49,828 nucleotides of DNA from Candidatus Geohabitans tengchongensis (GTDB lineage: Bacteria; Sysuimicrobiota; Sysuimicrobiia; Sysuimicrobiales; Humicultoraceae): NCBI GenBank assembly GCA_031459625.1, contig JAVKIH010000001.1, positions 58,390-108,217 of the forward strand, read 5' to 3'. Below are positions 34,656-43,884 of this stretch, piece by piece (the first letter of the stretch is position 1; every line of letters starts with the position of its first letter). Position numbers and translations under genes: made by a program. The notes beneath the pieces were generated by a model, which worked only from the letters and a program-made list of their open reading frames with translations, had not been told where the DNA came from and did no database searches.

Positions 34656-35722
34656 GCGCGCCGGTACTGCTCACCCTGGGCGGGCTCGTGGCCGATCTGG
34701 TGCTGCCCATCCCCGCGCTCCCGGTGCGCGCCGGGGAGCACCAGCTGGGTGAGTGGCTGCGGGTGGAGCCGGGCGGGCTCGGCAACTGCCTGGTGGTGGC
34801 CTCGCGCCTGGGGATGCGAACCGCTGCGCTGGGCTGGCTGGGCGACGACCTCTTCGGGGATCACCTTGTGCGCGTGCTGGAGCGCGAGGGCGTGGACCTG
34901 ACACCGCTCCTCCGTGTGGCCGGGCCGACGGCGACTTCGGTCGTCCTGATCGACCGCACCCGTGCCGAGCACGTCTTCCTGGGAACGTTCGGTGCGTCCG
35001 GGCCCGCGCGCGTGCCGCCCGACTGGGTGGAGCGGCTGGGGCCGGAGGTGTGGCTGCTCAGCGACGGCTACGTGCTGCTCCGCGCGGCGCCGCTCGTGGA
35101 GGAGGCGTTTGCGCTCGCCCGCGCCCGCGGGGCCCGCACGGCCTTCGACCCGGGCCCCCTCGCCCACGGCGCGCCGCAGGCCAGCCTGGGACGGACCCTG
35201 GCGCAGACCACGGTCCTTCTGCTCACCGAGGCCGAGGCTAGGGCGGTGATCGATCGGGTCGGCGCCACCTCCCCAGACCGCCTCACGCCCGGCACGGCCG
35301 TCGGTGCCGGCGCGGCGCGCCGTCCTGAGGTGCTGATGCAGGCGCTGCGCGGCCTGGGTCCCGACGTCGTGGCCGTCAAGCGCGGCGCAGCCGGGGCCGT
35401 GGTGGCGGGTCCCCAGGGCACCGTGGCCGCGGAGGGCTTTCCGGTGGCGGTGCAGGACACCACGGCCGCCGGGGACGCCTTCGACGCCGCGCTCCTCGTG
35501 GCGCTGGCCTTTGGGGCCGACATGCAGACCGCCGCCCTCCTGGCCAACGCCACAGGCGCGCTGTCCGTCACCCGTGTAGGCACCGGCACCGCCCTGCCGA
35601 CGGCGGCCGAGGTGGCAACCTTCCTGGAAACGCGCGGGGCCACCCTTCCCGCCTTCCTCCGCCGCCTGACCGGCGTGGGCGGGGAGTGTGCCGGGCCGGA
35701 GGTACCATGGCGCGCCGGGTGA
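34652..35722 (+). CDS. PfkB/ribokinase-family carbohydrate kinase 1
   Basis: PGG..N, GDDLFG, FDPG, VKRG, DTTAAGDAF. Confidence 0.9.
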   Translation: MSAPVLLTLGGLVADLVLPIPALPVRAGEHQLGEWLRVEPGGLGNCLVVASRLGMRTAALGWLGDDLFGDHLVRVLEREGVDLTPLLRVAGPTATSVVLIDRTRAEHVFLGTFGASGPARVPPDWVERLGPEVWLLSDGYVLLRAAPLVEEAFALARARGARTAFDPGPLAHGAPQASLGRTLAQTTVLLLTEAEARAVIDRVGATSPDRLTPGTAVGAGAARRPEVLMQALRGLGPDVVAVKRGAAGAVVAGPQGTVAAEGFPVAVQDTTAAGDAFDAALLVALAFGADMQTAALLANATGALSVTRVGTGTALPTAAEVATFLETRGATLPAFLRRLTGVGGECAGPEVPWRAG

Positions 35723-36660
35723 TCGTCGACTGCGACCCCGGGCACGACGACGCCCTGGCCATCCTCCTGGCGGGCCGGCGCCTCGAGGTGCTGGCCATCA
35801 CCACCGTGGCGGGCAACCAGACCGTCGAGAAGGTCACCACCAATGCGCTGAAGGTGGTGGAGGCGGCAGGGCTGACGGCCATTCCCGTGGCCCGCGGCGC
35901 CGCGACCCCCCTCGTGCGCCCGCCGCGCCACGCCCCGGAGGTGCACGGGGAGACCGGCCTCGACGGCCCCGAACTCCCGTCACCCCGGACTCCCCTCGTG
36001 GACCGGCACGCCGTCGACCTGATCGTGGAGACGGCGATGCGCGAGGACGACGTGACGCTGCTGGCGCTGGGCCCGCTGACCAACGTTGCCCTGGCGCTGC
36101 GCCGGGAGCCGCGCCTGAGGGGGCGGCTGCGGGAGATCTGCCTCATGGGCGGGTCCACCGCGCGCGGCAACGTCACCCCGGCCGCGGAGTTCAACATCTA
36201 CGTCGACCCCGAAGCCGCCCACGCCGTCTTCACGAGCGGCGTGCCGGTCAGGATGGTGGGGTTGAACGTCACCCAGCAAGTGGTGGCCACGCCGGAGCGC
36301 CGCCGCGCCATCCGGGCCGTGGGGACGCGCGTGGCGGCCCTCGCCGCCGACCTGCTGGAGTTCTACAGCGCGGCGATCCACCGCCTGTACGGGCTACCGG
36401 GCGGAGCGCTGCACGACCCGGTGGCCGCGGCGGCGCTCATCGACCCGTCGGTCGTCCGCTTCGCGCCGATGCACGTGGCGGTGGAGCTGCACGGCGAGCA
36501 CACCGCCGGCATGACGGTGTGCGACGACCGCTACACCCGCACCGCTCCCGACGTCCCCGCGGCCCGGCGCGGGGCGCCCCCCAACGCCGAGGTGGCCGTG
36601 GCCGTGGACGCGGACCGGTGCTTCGATCTCCTCCTCGACGTGCTACGCGAATACCCGTGA
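35707..36660 (+). CDS. Nucleoside hydrolase (RihA/RihC-like) 2
   Basis: DCDPGHDD, VHGETGLDG, AAEFNIYVDPEAA, LHDP. Confidence 0.93.
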   Translation: MARRVIVDCDPGHDDALAILLAGRRLEVLAITTVAGNQTVEKVTTNALKVVEAAGLTAIPVARGAATPLVRPPRHAPEVHGETGLDGPELPSPRTPLVDRHAVDLIVETAMREDDVTLLALGPLTNVALALRREPRLRGRLREICLMGGSTARGNVTPAAEFNIYVDPEAAHAVFTSGVPVRMVGLNVTQQVVATPERRRAIRAVGTRVAALAADLLEFYSAAIHRLYGLPGGALHDPVAAAALIDPSVVRFAPMHVAVELHGEHTAGMTVCDDRYTRTAPDVPAARRGAPPNAEVAVAVDADRCFDLLLDVLREYP

Positions 36661-36728
36661 GGGGAAGGCGCGGGGGGAGGCGAGGAGATCGCGGCGCGCC
36701 GGGTGGCCCGGGCCAGGCGACCCGGTGG

Positions 36729-37712
36729 TCAGGGCGGCGGGAGGTCTCCGATGCCGTGCGCGGCCAGGCAGGCCGCCGCCTGCGACTGGACGGCCGGAGT
36801 GATGCGCGGCACCCCCGGTGCGCCCAGCGTCACCGCCGCGGAGATGGCCCCGTGGAGCCCGGCGATGCGGGCCGCGTCGCTCCGGCCTCCCTCCCCCGCA
36901 CCGGGCGGCTTCGGCTGCGGCCTCGGACTCCGCTCCGGACCGGCCCGGATCGCCCTCGCCCACCCCACGAGCAGCCCGCCGCCGTAGGCGTTCCCCGCCC
37001 CCGTGACGTCGACCACCGGTCCCAGGGCGACGGCCGGCACGTGCACTGGGGCGGCGTCCCCCCGCGCCTGCACGAGCGACCCCGCGCGTCCCAGGCGGAC
37101 CGCCGCCAGGGCGGCGCCGGCCTCCAGGAAGGCGGTGAGCCACGCCTCGGGCGGCTGCGGGCCGAGCAGCGTGCGGCACTCCTCGCCGTTGGGGCAGACG
37201 ATGTCCACCCGGCGCAGGAGCGCCAGCACGGTGCGGCGGTGCTCCGGCACCATGTGCCAGGGTGCGGGCTCCCAGCAGACGGCGGCGCGGCGGGCCCGCA
37301 TGGCGGTGAGGAGCGCGTCCACGTGATCGAGCTGGGCGGTGTGCAGGTGGAAGCCGCGCGCGTCCACGAAGGGGGCGAGCTGGTCGGGGGTCGGCAGGAA
37401 GGCGGGGAACTCGTCCCGGGGCGAGCGGAAGATCTCCGTGCGGTGCTCGTCCGCGTCGTAGAGCTGCCAGGCTCTCGGCGTGGCGCGGTCGAGGCGGCGG
37501 ATGGCGTGCAGGTTCAGGCCCAGCGCCTCCAGCGCGGCCCAGTGCTCCGGGGGGAAGTCCCGGCCAATGCTGCCGACCAGCGCGACGTCGGGGCCCCACA
37601 GGCACATCCCGGCCGCGGCGTGCGTGGCGCCGCCGCCCAGCACGCCCTCGAAGAGCCGCCCGTCCGCCGCCCGGATGTCGTCCACGATGATCGAGCCGAC
37701 GGCGACGAACAC
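36729..37712 (-). CDS. PfkB-family kinase 2 (GAGN variant)
   Basis: IVDDI, LGGGATHAAAG, PN..E, DVTGAGNAY. Confidence 0.85.
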   Translation of the reverse strand: MFVAVGSIIVDDIRAADGRLFEGVLGGGATHAAAGMCLWGPDVALVGSIGRDFPPEHWAALEALGLNLHAIRRLDRATPRAWQLYDADEHRTEIFRSPRDEFPAFLPTPDQLAPFVDARGFHLHTAQLDHVDALLTAMRARRAAVCWEPAPWHMVPEHRRTVLALLRRVDIVCPNGEECRTLLGPQPPEAWLTAFLEAGAALAAVRLGRAGSLVQARGDAAPVHVPAVALGPVVDVTGAGNAYGGGLLVGWARAIRAGPERSPRPQPKPPGAGEGGRSDAARIAGLHGAISAAVTLGAPGVPRITPAVQSQAAACLAAHGIGDLPPP

Positions 37713-37713
37713 G

Positions 37714-38910
37714 CTACCCTCCCGGGGTGCCGTCTCCGGCGCGCAGCGTCCGCGATGCCCGGGCGGGCGACGAGGCGGCGCCGATCGGGCCCGCGCGGGG
37801 GAGCCGCAGGAAGATCAGGCAGCTCACCCCCGCGGCGAGCGCGCTGGCGGCGAAGACGGTTGACGCCCCTCCCCATCCGTACACCGCCCCGGCCAGTGCC
37901 GTGCCGATACCCGGCCCGAGGCCCATCAGCGCGGCGCCGTACAGCGCCTGTCCGGTCGTGGCCCAGCCCGGGGGCGTCAGGGTGCGCACCAGCACCACGC
38001 CGGCCACTTCCAGCCCCGCGATGGTCACGCTGTGGAGGAGTTGCAGCGGGAGGATGGGCCACGGGGACGCCAGGAGCGCGTAGAGCGTCCAGCGGATGGG
38101 CAGGGCCAGGAACCCGGTGCCCACCATGGCGGACAGCCCGAAGCGTTCGATGAGGCGGTGCATGCCGGCCATGAGCGGCACCTCGCCGAGGGCCGCGACG
38201 GCAAAGGCGGCCCCGACGGTCCAGGCCGGACTGCCCAGGTCGCGGAGGAAGACGGCGAGGAAGGTGTTGTTCACGCCCAGGCCGGCGCCGGCCAGCACGG
38301 CGGCGGCACAGAGTCGCCACAGGCGCGGGTCGGCGGCGCCGCGCAGGGCCAGGCGCGGCGCGGTGAGCCGGCCGGGGGGCGCAGGCAGGGCGAGGGAGAG
38401 CGCCGCGGCGGCGAGCATGACGACGGCATGGACCGGCAGCACGTGCTGGGGATGGCTGCGCACCACGGTCGCCCCCAGCGCGAAGACCGCCAGGGCGAAC
38501 CCCAGAGAGCCCCACAGGCGGATCCGTCCATACACGGCTTCCTGGGCCCTCAGGTGGGCGAGCGCCATGGCGACGGCGATCGGCAGCACGGCCGCCCGAC
38601 AGGCAGCGAACGCCACCGTGGCGGCGAGCAGCGTGGCGGAGGTCGAGGCGGTCCACAGGGCGAGGGAGGCCGCCGCGGTGCCCAGGCAGGCCGAGGTGAG
38701 GAGCGCCCGGGGCCGCTCGGTGAGGTCGGCGAGCAGGCCCCACAGCGGCTGGGCGACGACCTGGACCACCGGCAGCAGGCCGAGCAGCCAGCCGGTCGCA
38801 GCGGGGGTGAGGCCGCGGTCGAGGAGGGCCACGGCGATGAAGGTGATCGCGGCGATCCCCGTGTAGACGGTGGCGAAGAAGGCCCAGAAGGCGGCGGACG
38901 ACGCCCGCAT
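37714..38910 (-). CDS. MFS transporter (nucleoside:H+ symporter/HcaT-like)
   Basis: About 12 TM; PLWGLLAD, YGRIRLWGSLG, EVP, QLLHS, TGQALY. Confidence 0.87.
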   Translation of the reverse strand: MRASSAAFWAFFATVYTGIAAITFIAVALLDRGLTPAATGWLLGLLPVVQVVAQPLWGLLADLTERPRALLTSACLGTAAASLALWTASTSATLLAATVAFAACRAAVLPIAVAMALAHLRAQEAVYGRIRLWGSLGFALAVFALGATVVRSHPQHVLPVHAVVMLAAAALSLALPAPPGRLTAPRLALRGAADPRLWRLCAAAVLAGAGLGVNNTFLAVFLRDLGSPAWTVGAAFAVAALGEVPLMAGMHRLIERFGLSAMVGTGFLALPIRWTLYALLASPWPILPLQLLHSVTIAGLEVAGVVLVRTLTPPGWATTGQALYGAALMGLGPGIGTALAGAVYGWGGASTVFAASALAAGVSCLIFLRLPRAGPIGAASSPARASRTLRAGDGTPGG

Positions 38911-38970
38911 CGAGCGCACTGTTCCACCGGAGGTGCAGAGGTTCCTGGACGCCGTGGGGTGGGAGCGGTC

Positions 38971-40062
38971 ATGAGGGCGACGCAGCGCTCCGGGTCGCGC
39001 CCGGTGGACGTGGTGGCGGTCGGCGCCGCCGCGGTGGACCTGGTGATCCGCACGCCCCGCCTGCCCCGGTTCGACGAGAAGGTGACCGGGGCGCTGGTGG
39101 GATGGTTGCCGGGCGGGACGATGGCCAACGTCGCCTGCGCCCTCAGCCGGCTGGGCGGACGGGCCGTCTGGGTCGGGACGGTGGGCGCGGACCGCGGCGG
39201 CCGGCTCCTCCTGGAGGACTTCCGCCGCCACCGGGTCGACGCGCGCCTGGCCGTCGTCGATCGGCGTCAAGCGACGAACATGACGGTGATCTTCCTCCCC
39301 TCCCCCCATGAGGGATCACCCGATGCAGGATCATCGCGCCCGTCCCGCGGCTCGGCGCCGGCACAGGCCCGGTCCGGCGCCGTGGCCCCCGTGTCCGGGG
39401 CCGAGCGGGCCATCGTGGTGCTCTCCACCGCCCGCGACCGCCTGCCGCCCCCGGATCGGTGGCGCCGTCTGCTGGCGCGCGCGCAGTTCGTATACCTCTC
39501 CCCGCACGACGCGGCACTCGCTCGGCGCGTGGTCGCCACGGCGCGGCAGCAGGGGTGCGCGGTGGCGCTGGAGGTGGAGCCCACTGCCGCCCGCGCCCTT
39601 CCGGCCATCGACCCGTTGCTGTCCCGCGCGGACCTCCTGGTGTGCAACCGCGGCGGTCTGGCCCTGCTCGTCGGGTGCCGCCTCCGCAGCCGGCGCGATG
39701 CGGCGGCGGAGGCGGCGCACCTGCGCGCGCGGGGCCCGGCCCTGGTGGCGGTGACCCTGGGGGCGGAGGGGGCGCTGCTGGCCACCGCGGAGGGTGTCCT
39801 CGTCCAGGCAGGCTTCGCCGTCCCGGCCGTGGACACCACCGGCGCAGGTGACTGCTTCGGTGCCGCCCTGCTGCTGGCGCTGGCGCGACGGTGGCCGCCC
39901 GCACGGGCCCTGACGTTCGCCACCGCCGCCGGCGCCCTGGCCACGACGGGCGTCGGCCCGCGCGGCCACCTGCCGACGCGCGGCGAGGTCCGCCGGCTGG
40001 CCGAACGCGGCGCCCCGCCGCGCCTGATCCCCGTGGGATTCGGGCCGCGGCGTCGACCATGA
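38971..40062 (+). CDS. PfkB/ribokinase-family carbohydrate kinase 3
   Basis: PGGTMANVA..LSRLG, VGAD, VTLGAEG, DTTGAGDCF. Confidence 0.9.
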   Translation: MRATQRSGSRPVDVVAVGAAAVDLVIRTPRLPRFDEKVTGALVGWLPGGTMANVACALSRLGGRAVWVGTVGADRGGRLLLEDFRRHRVDARLAVVDRRQATNMTVIFLPSPHEGSPDAGSSRPSRGSAPAQARSGAVAPVSGAERAIVVLSTARDRLPPPDRWRRLLARAQFVYLSPHDAALARRVVATARQQGCAVALEVEPTAARALPAIDPLLSRADLLVCNRGGLALLVGCRLRSRRDAAAEAAHLRARGPALVAVTLGAEGALLATAEGVLVQAGFAVPAVDTTGAGDCFGAALLLALARRWPPARALTFATAAGALATTGVGPRGHLPTRGEVRRLAERGAPPRLIPVGFGPRRRP

Positions 40063-41399
40063 CCCGCGATCCGGCCCGACCGTACCGCACCCACCCGCCC
40101 GCAGCGCCGGTGCCGCTGGCGGCGCGACCGGCCCGGCGGCTCGTCCTGCGCGGAGGGCGCGTCGTCGATCCGGCGACGGGCCGCGACGGCGTCGCCGACG
40201 TGGCCATGGTGGCGGGGCGCGTCGCGGCGGTGGCCTCCGACATCCCCCTGGAGCGCGACGACCGGGTCGTGGACGCCGAAGGCCTGCTCGTGCTCCCCGG
40301 GCTAGTGGACCTGCACTGCCACCTGCACGACCTCTTCGACGTCTCCACCCGGCCGATCGAGGAGGCCGTGGTCCACGGCACCGTGCTGGCCCTCTCTCCC
40401 GGGGCCGGCAACACTTTCATGGCGCCGGCGCTGCTCGGGGCGGAGGTGGACCGCGGCCTGCCGCTCCACGTGGGGTGCTACCTGGGCATACCCGCCGTGC
40501 TGGGGACGCGGGCGCGTGTCGGCGACCTGGTGGCCTACTTCCGCGGAGAGCTCCCGGCCGACGCGCAGAGCGCCCTCATCACCCGAAATCCCCTGACGAA
40601 TGCGCTGGGCCGCCTGGCCGTCGGGCTGAAAGACCACATGGGCCACGCCATCCTCACCGACGAGGCGCTGGAGGCGGCGTTCACCGTGGCTGCCGGCGCC
40701 GGGCTCGTCCTCATGTCCCACTGCCAGGATCCGGAGCACGCCGAGCGCGTGGTGGCCGTCGCCAGTGGCCGGCCCGTGCTCCTCACTCACGCCACTGCGG
40801 CCGGGGGAGGCACCCACGGCGAGGCCCGGGAGAGCCTGGCCCGCGTGCTGGCTCTGGCGGCTCGCCCCGGCGTGGCGCTGGACTTCACCACGGCCCACCT
40901 GCGGGCGGGCGGCGGCCTGCGCGACGGCCTCCTCATCGATGAAGGGGCGCGACGCGTGGCCCTGGAGGCGCTCGCCCGGGGCGAGGTGGCTATCCTGACC
41001 TCCGACGGCCCGTGCAATGCCACGATGAAAGGGTTCGGAGACAGCTCTGCCAACATTCCGTGCCTGCTCGATCTGGTCGCTGAGGGCGTCCTCTCCCTCC
41101 CGCAGGCGGTGGCGACCATGACCGCCAACCCGGCCGCGCTACTGGCGCGCCTGACGGGGCAGACGTGGTGGGTCGAGGAGCTGGGGCACCTGGGCGTGGG
41201 GGCGCGGGCCAACGCGGTCCTGGTCCACCCGCGCGAACGCCACGCGGTGATGACGGTCGTCGAGGGCACGGTGGCGGCCTTCGAGGGGCGGGTGGTGCGC
41301 AGCGCCGCCGGCGTGGGCGGGTGGGCCGCCCGCACCGGCCTCCTCCCGCGCCTGGGGGTGGGCGACCTGCCGATCTTTCGCCGGATGCCGGTCCAGTGA
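40059..41399 (+). CDS. Metal-dependent amidohydrolase (dihydroorotase-like scaffold)
   Basis: LRGGRVVDP, PGLVDLHCH, KDH, SHC, TSD, TANPA, GHLGVGARA; ATGA overlap. Confidence 0.85.
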   Translation: MTRDPARPYRTHPPAAPVPLAARPARRLVLRGGRVVDPATGRDGVADVAMVAGRVAAVASDIPLERDDRVVDAEGLLVLPGLVDLHCHLHDLFDVSTRPIEEAVVHGTVLALSPGAGNTFMAPALLGAEVDRGLPLHVGCYLGIPAVLGTRARVGDLVAYFRGELPADAQSALITRNPLTNALGRLAVGLKDHMGHAILTDEALEAAFTVAAGAGLVLMSHCQDPEHAERVVAVASGRPVLLTHATAAGGGTHGEARESLARVLALAARPGVALDFTTAHLRAGGGLRDGLLIDEGARRVALEALARGEVAILTSDGPCNATMKGFGDSSANIPCLLDLVAEGVLSLPQAVATMTANPAALLARLTGQTWWVEELGHLGVGARANAVLVHPRERHAVMTVVEGTVAAFEGRVVRSAAGVGGWAARTGLLPRLGVGDLPIFRRMPVQ

Positions 41400-41428
41400 G
41401 ATGCCTGCGGGCGCGATGAGGGACTTAC

Positions 41429-42688
41429 ATGCGTGAGGTCAACATCGCTGGTCTGCTGCGCGACGGGTGCGACCTGCTCATTCGCGACGTGACGGTCGTG
41501 GACCCGGGACCACCGGGCTCTGTCAGAGACGCGCTCCGCATCCTGCCCCGCCACGACGTGGCCGTGCGCGGCCGCCACATCGCGGCCGGTCTCCCGACCG
41601 GTGCGGTCCCCCCCTGCCGCGGCCCGGCAGGTCGTCGACCCGCCGGCTGGATCGGCGCTCCTGCCCGGGCTGGTGAACGCCCACGCCCACATGACCATGG
41701 TGCTCCTCAGGGGCGCCGCCGAGGACGTGCCCGTGGAGGCATGGTTCAACGAGCACATCTGGCCGATGGAGAGCGCGCTCACCCCGGACGACGTGGCCTG
41801 GGGTGCCCGTCTGGCCGCGATCGAGCTGCTGGAGGGCGGCGTCACCACCGTGGCCGACCACTATTTCGCCATGGACCGCATTGCCGAGGTGGTCGCCGAG
41901 AGCGGGCTGCGGGCGCACCTGGCCTGGACGATGTTCGGGCGGGACGTTCGGGCGGGACCCGGTGGGGGAGCTCCGGCAGAGCGAGGAGTTCGCACAGCGC
42001 TGGCAGGGCGGGGCCGCAGGGCGCATCGCCGTCTGGCTGGGACCGCACGCGCCCTACACCTGCCCGCCCCCGTTCCTGCGACAGGTGCCCAGTGCGGCAC
42101 GGCGGCTGGGGCTTGGCTGCCACATCCACGTGGCGGAGACGCCGGACCAGGTGGCGCGGAGCCTCCAGGAGCACGGCATGAGCCCGGTGCGCCTGCTCGA
42201 GGCGGTGGGCCTGATGGAGGGTCCCCTCCTCTGCGCCCACGCCGTCCACGTCACCGACGAGGAGATCGGGCTCCTGGCCCGCACGGAGAGCGGCTGTGGC
42301 CCACTGTCCCAAGACCTTCCTCAAGCTGGCCGCGGGGATCGCGCCGGTCGTCAGGATGCGCCGCGCCGGAGTGACGGTGGCGCTCGGCAGCGACGGTGCC
42401 GCCAGCAACAACACGCTCGACCTCCTGGAACAGATGCGCCTGGCCGTGCTCCTCCAGAAGCACCAAGGGGAGGACGCCACCGCACTGCCGGTGGCGGAGG
42501 CCCTGGCGCTGGTCTACGCCACCCGAGCCTCGGACGTCCACACGGTCGTCGTGGACGGGCGCGTCGTGGTGGAGGACGGACGCATCCGCACGCTGGACCG
42601 GGAGGACGTCCTGCGCCAGGTCGAGACCCGCGCGCAGCGGCTGGCCCGGCGGGAGGGGCGCCGCCCGCACCAGACCTACCAGGCCTGA
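41429..42688 (+). pseudogene. Frameshifted MtaD-like (MTA/SAH/nucleoside deaminase) amidohydrolase
   Basis: PGLVNAHAH, GPHAPY, HIHVAET, AHCP and ALGSDG..SNN motifs are split over four segments by three frameshifts. Confidence 0.88.
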
Positions 42689-42747
42689 ACGGCCGGAGCG
42701 GCGACCCACCGCACGAGCCGATGAGTCGGGAAGAGCGGGAGGGCATC

Positions 42748-43674
42748 ATGGAGCGATTGATCATCGACACGGACACCGCCTCGGACGACGCGGTGGCGCT
42801 GCTGATGGCCCTGCGCTGGCCGCAGGTCCACGTGGAGGCCATCACCGTGGTGGCCGGCAACGTGCCGCTGGAGATGGGCAGCCGCAACGCCCGGTACACC
42901 GTGGAGCTGTGCGACCGCGAGACGCCGGTCTACGAGGGCGCCGCCCGCCCCCTGCTGCGGGAGCCGTCGTGGGCCTTCTTCTTCCACGGCACCGACGGCC
43001 TGGGGGACGTGGGCTACCCGCCCCCGACGCGCCCTCCCGCGCCGGGGCACGCGGTCGACGCCCTCATCCGCCTGATCCGCGCCGCCCCCGGCGCCTACAC
43101 CCTGGTGACGCTGGGCCCGCTGACCAACATCGCTCTGGCGCTGCGCCAAGCTCCCGACCTGGCCGCTGCGGTCCGCCAGTGCGTCGTCATGGGCGGAGCG
43201 GCCTGCACCGTGGGGAACATCACGCCCGCCGCCGAGTACAATATCTGGGTCGACCCCGAGGCGGCCCGGATTGTCTTCCACTCGGGGATGCCCATCCTGA
43301 TGGTGGGATGGGAACACTGCCGGGGCGCCGCCGCCCTGGACGACGCGGACATGGCGCGCCTCCGCGCCATCGCCACCCCTTATGCCGCCTTCGCGCTCGA
43401 CTGCAACCGAACCGCCCTGCGGGCCAGTCGGGAGTGGCTGGGCGAGCCCGGGCTGACCCTGCCCGACCCGGTGACGATGGCCATCGTCCTCGACCCGGCC
43501 GTCTGCACGGCGCGCAGCCGTCACTACGTGGACGTGGAGACCCAGAGCGAGCTGACCCGGGGGATGACCGTCGTGGACCGCCTTGGAGTCACCCGTCGCC
43601 CGCCGAACGTGGAAGTCTGCTGGGCGATCGACCCCCAGCGCTGGAAGGCCGTGCTGGAGGCGGCGCTGCGCTGA
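42748..43674 (+). CDS. Nucleoside hydrolase 3 (His-to-Pro variant)
   Basis: [33 protein letters not shown]. Confidence 0.92.
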   Translation: MERLIIDTDTASDDAVALLMALRWPQVHVEAITVVAGNVPLEMGSRNARYTVELCDRETPVYEGAARPLLREPSWAFFFHGTDGLGDVGYPPPTRPPAPGHAVDALIRLIRAAPGAYTLVTLGPLTNIALALRQAPDLAAAVRQCVVMGGAACTVGNITPAAEYNIWVDPEAARIVFHSGMPILMVGWEHCRGAAALDDADMARLRAIATPYAAFALDCNRTALRASREWLGEPGLTLPDPVTMAIVLDPAVCTARSRHYVDVETQSELTRGMTVVDRLGVTRRPPNVEVCWAIDPQRWKAVLEAALR

Positions 43675-43782
43675 GGTCCTCGTCCGAGATCTTCCGGCGA
43701 CGCCCCAGCGGTCCGGCTGGGGGTCTCGTGCGGGCATGGGAATTTTTCTTGTGCCCCCCGTACAAGGGGCAACGGATGCCGA

Positions 43783-43791
43783 TGCTATAAT
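43783..43791 (+). promoter_or_regulatory. Extended -10 promoter of the rpsF operon
   Basis: TG-C-TATAAT directly upstream of the leader. Confidence 0.75.
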
Positions 43792-43804
43792 TGGCTGTCA
43801 ATCG

Positions 43805-43880
43805 AGACTCCTGCCCTCGCCGCCCCGGAGGGGTTCGGCAGGGCCTCACGGCGCCCGGGCGCCGGAGTCCAGAGGAGGGA
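43805..43880 (+). ncRNA. S6:S18 ribosomal-protein leader (autoregulatory)
   Basis: CTCCT-GCCC...GGGC-GCCG-GAGTCCA-GAGGAGG: anti-SD pairs with the SD and a CCG motif is present, as in the Bacillus rpsF leader. Confidence 0.7.
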
Positions 43881-43884
43881 TGGC

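Noticed and set aside
41803..43674. Apparent 623-aa amidohydrolase-nucleoside hydrolase fusion
   Set aside because: Artefact of pseudogene frameshifts; the hydrolase has its own RBS and ATG at 42748
43703..43722. Hairpin CCCCAGC-N6-GCTGGGG as island terminator
   Set aside because: Short stem without an adjacent U-tract; not enough support
24192..43780. Island as an active mobile element
   Set aside because: No integrase, transposase, tRNA target or flanking direct repeats seen; composition looks similar to the core genes
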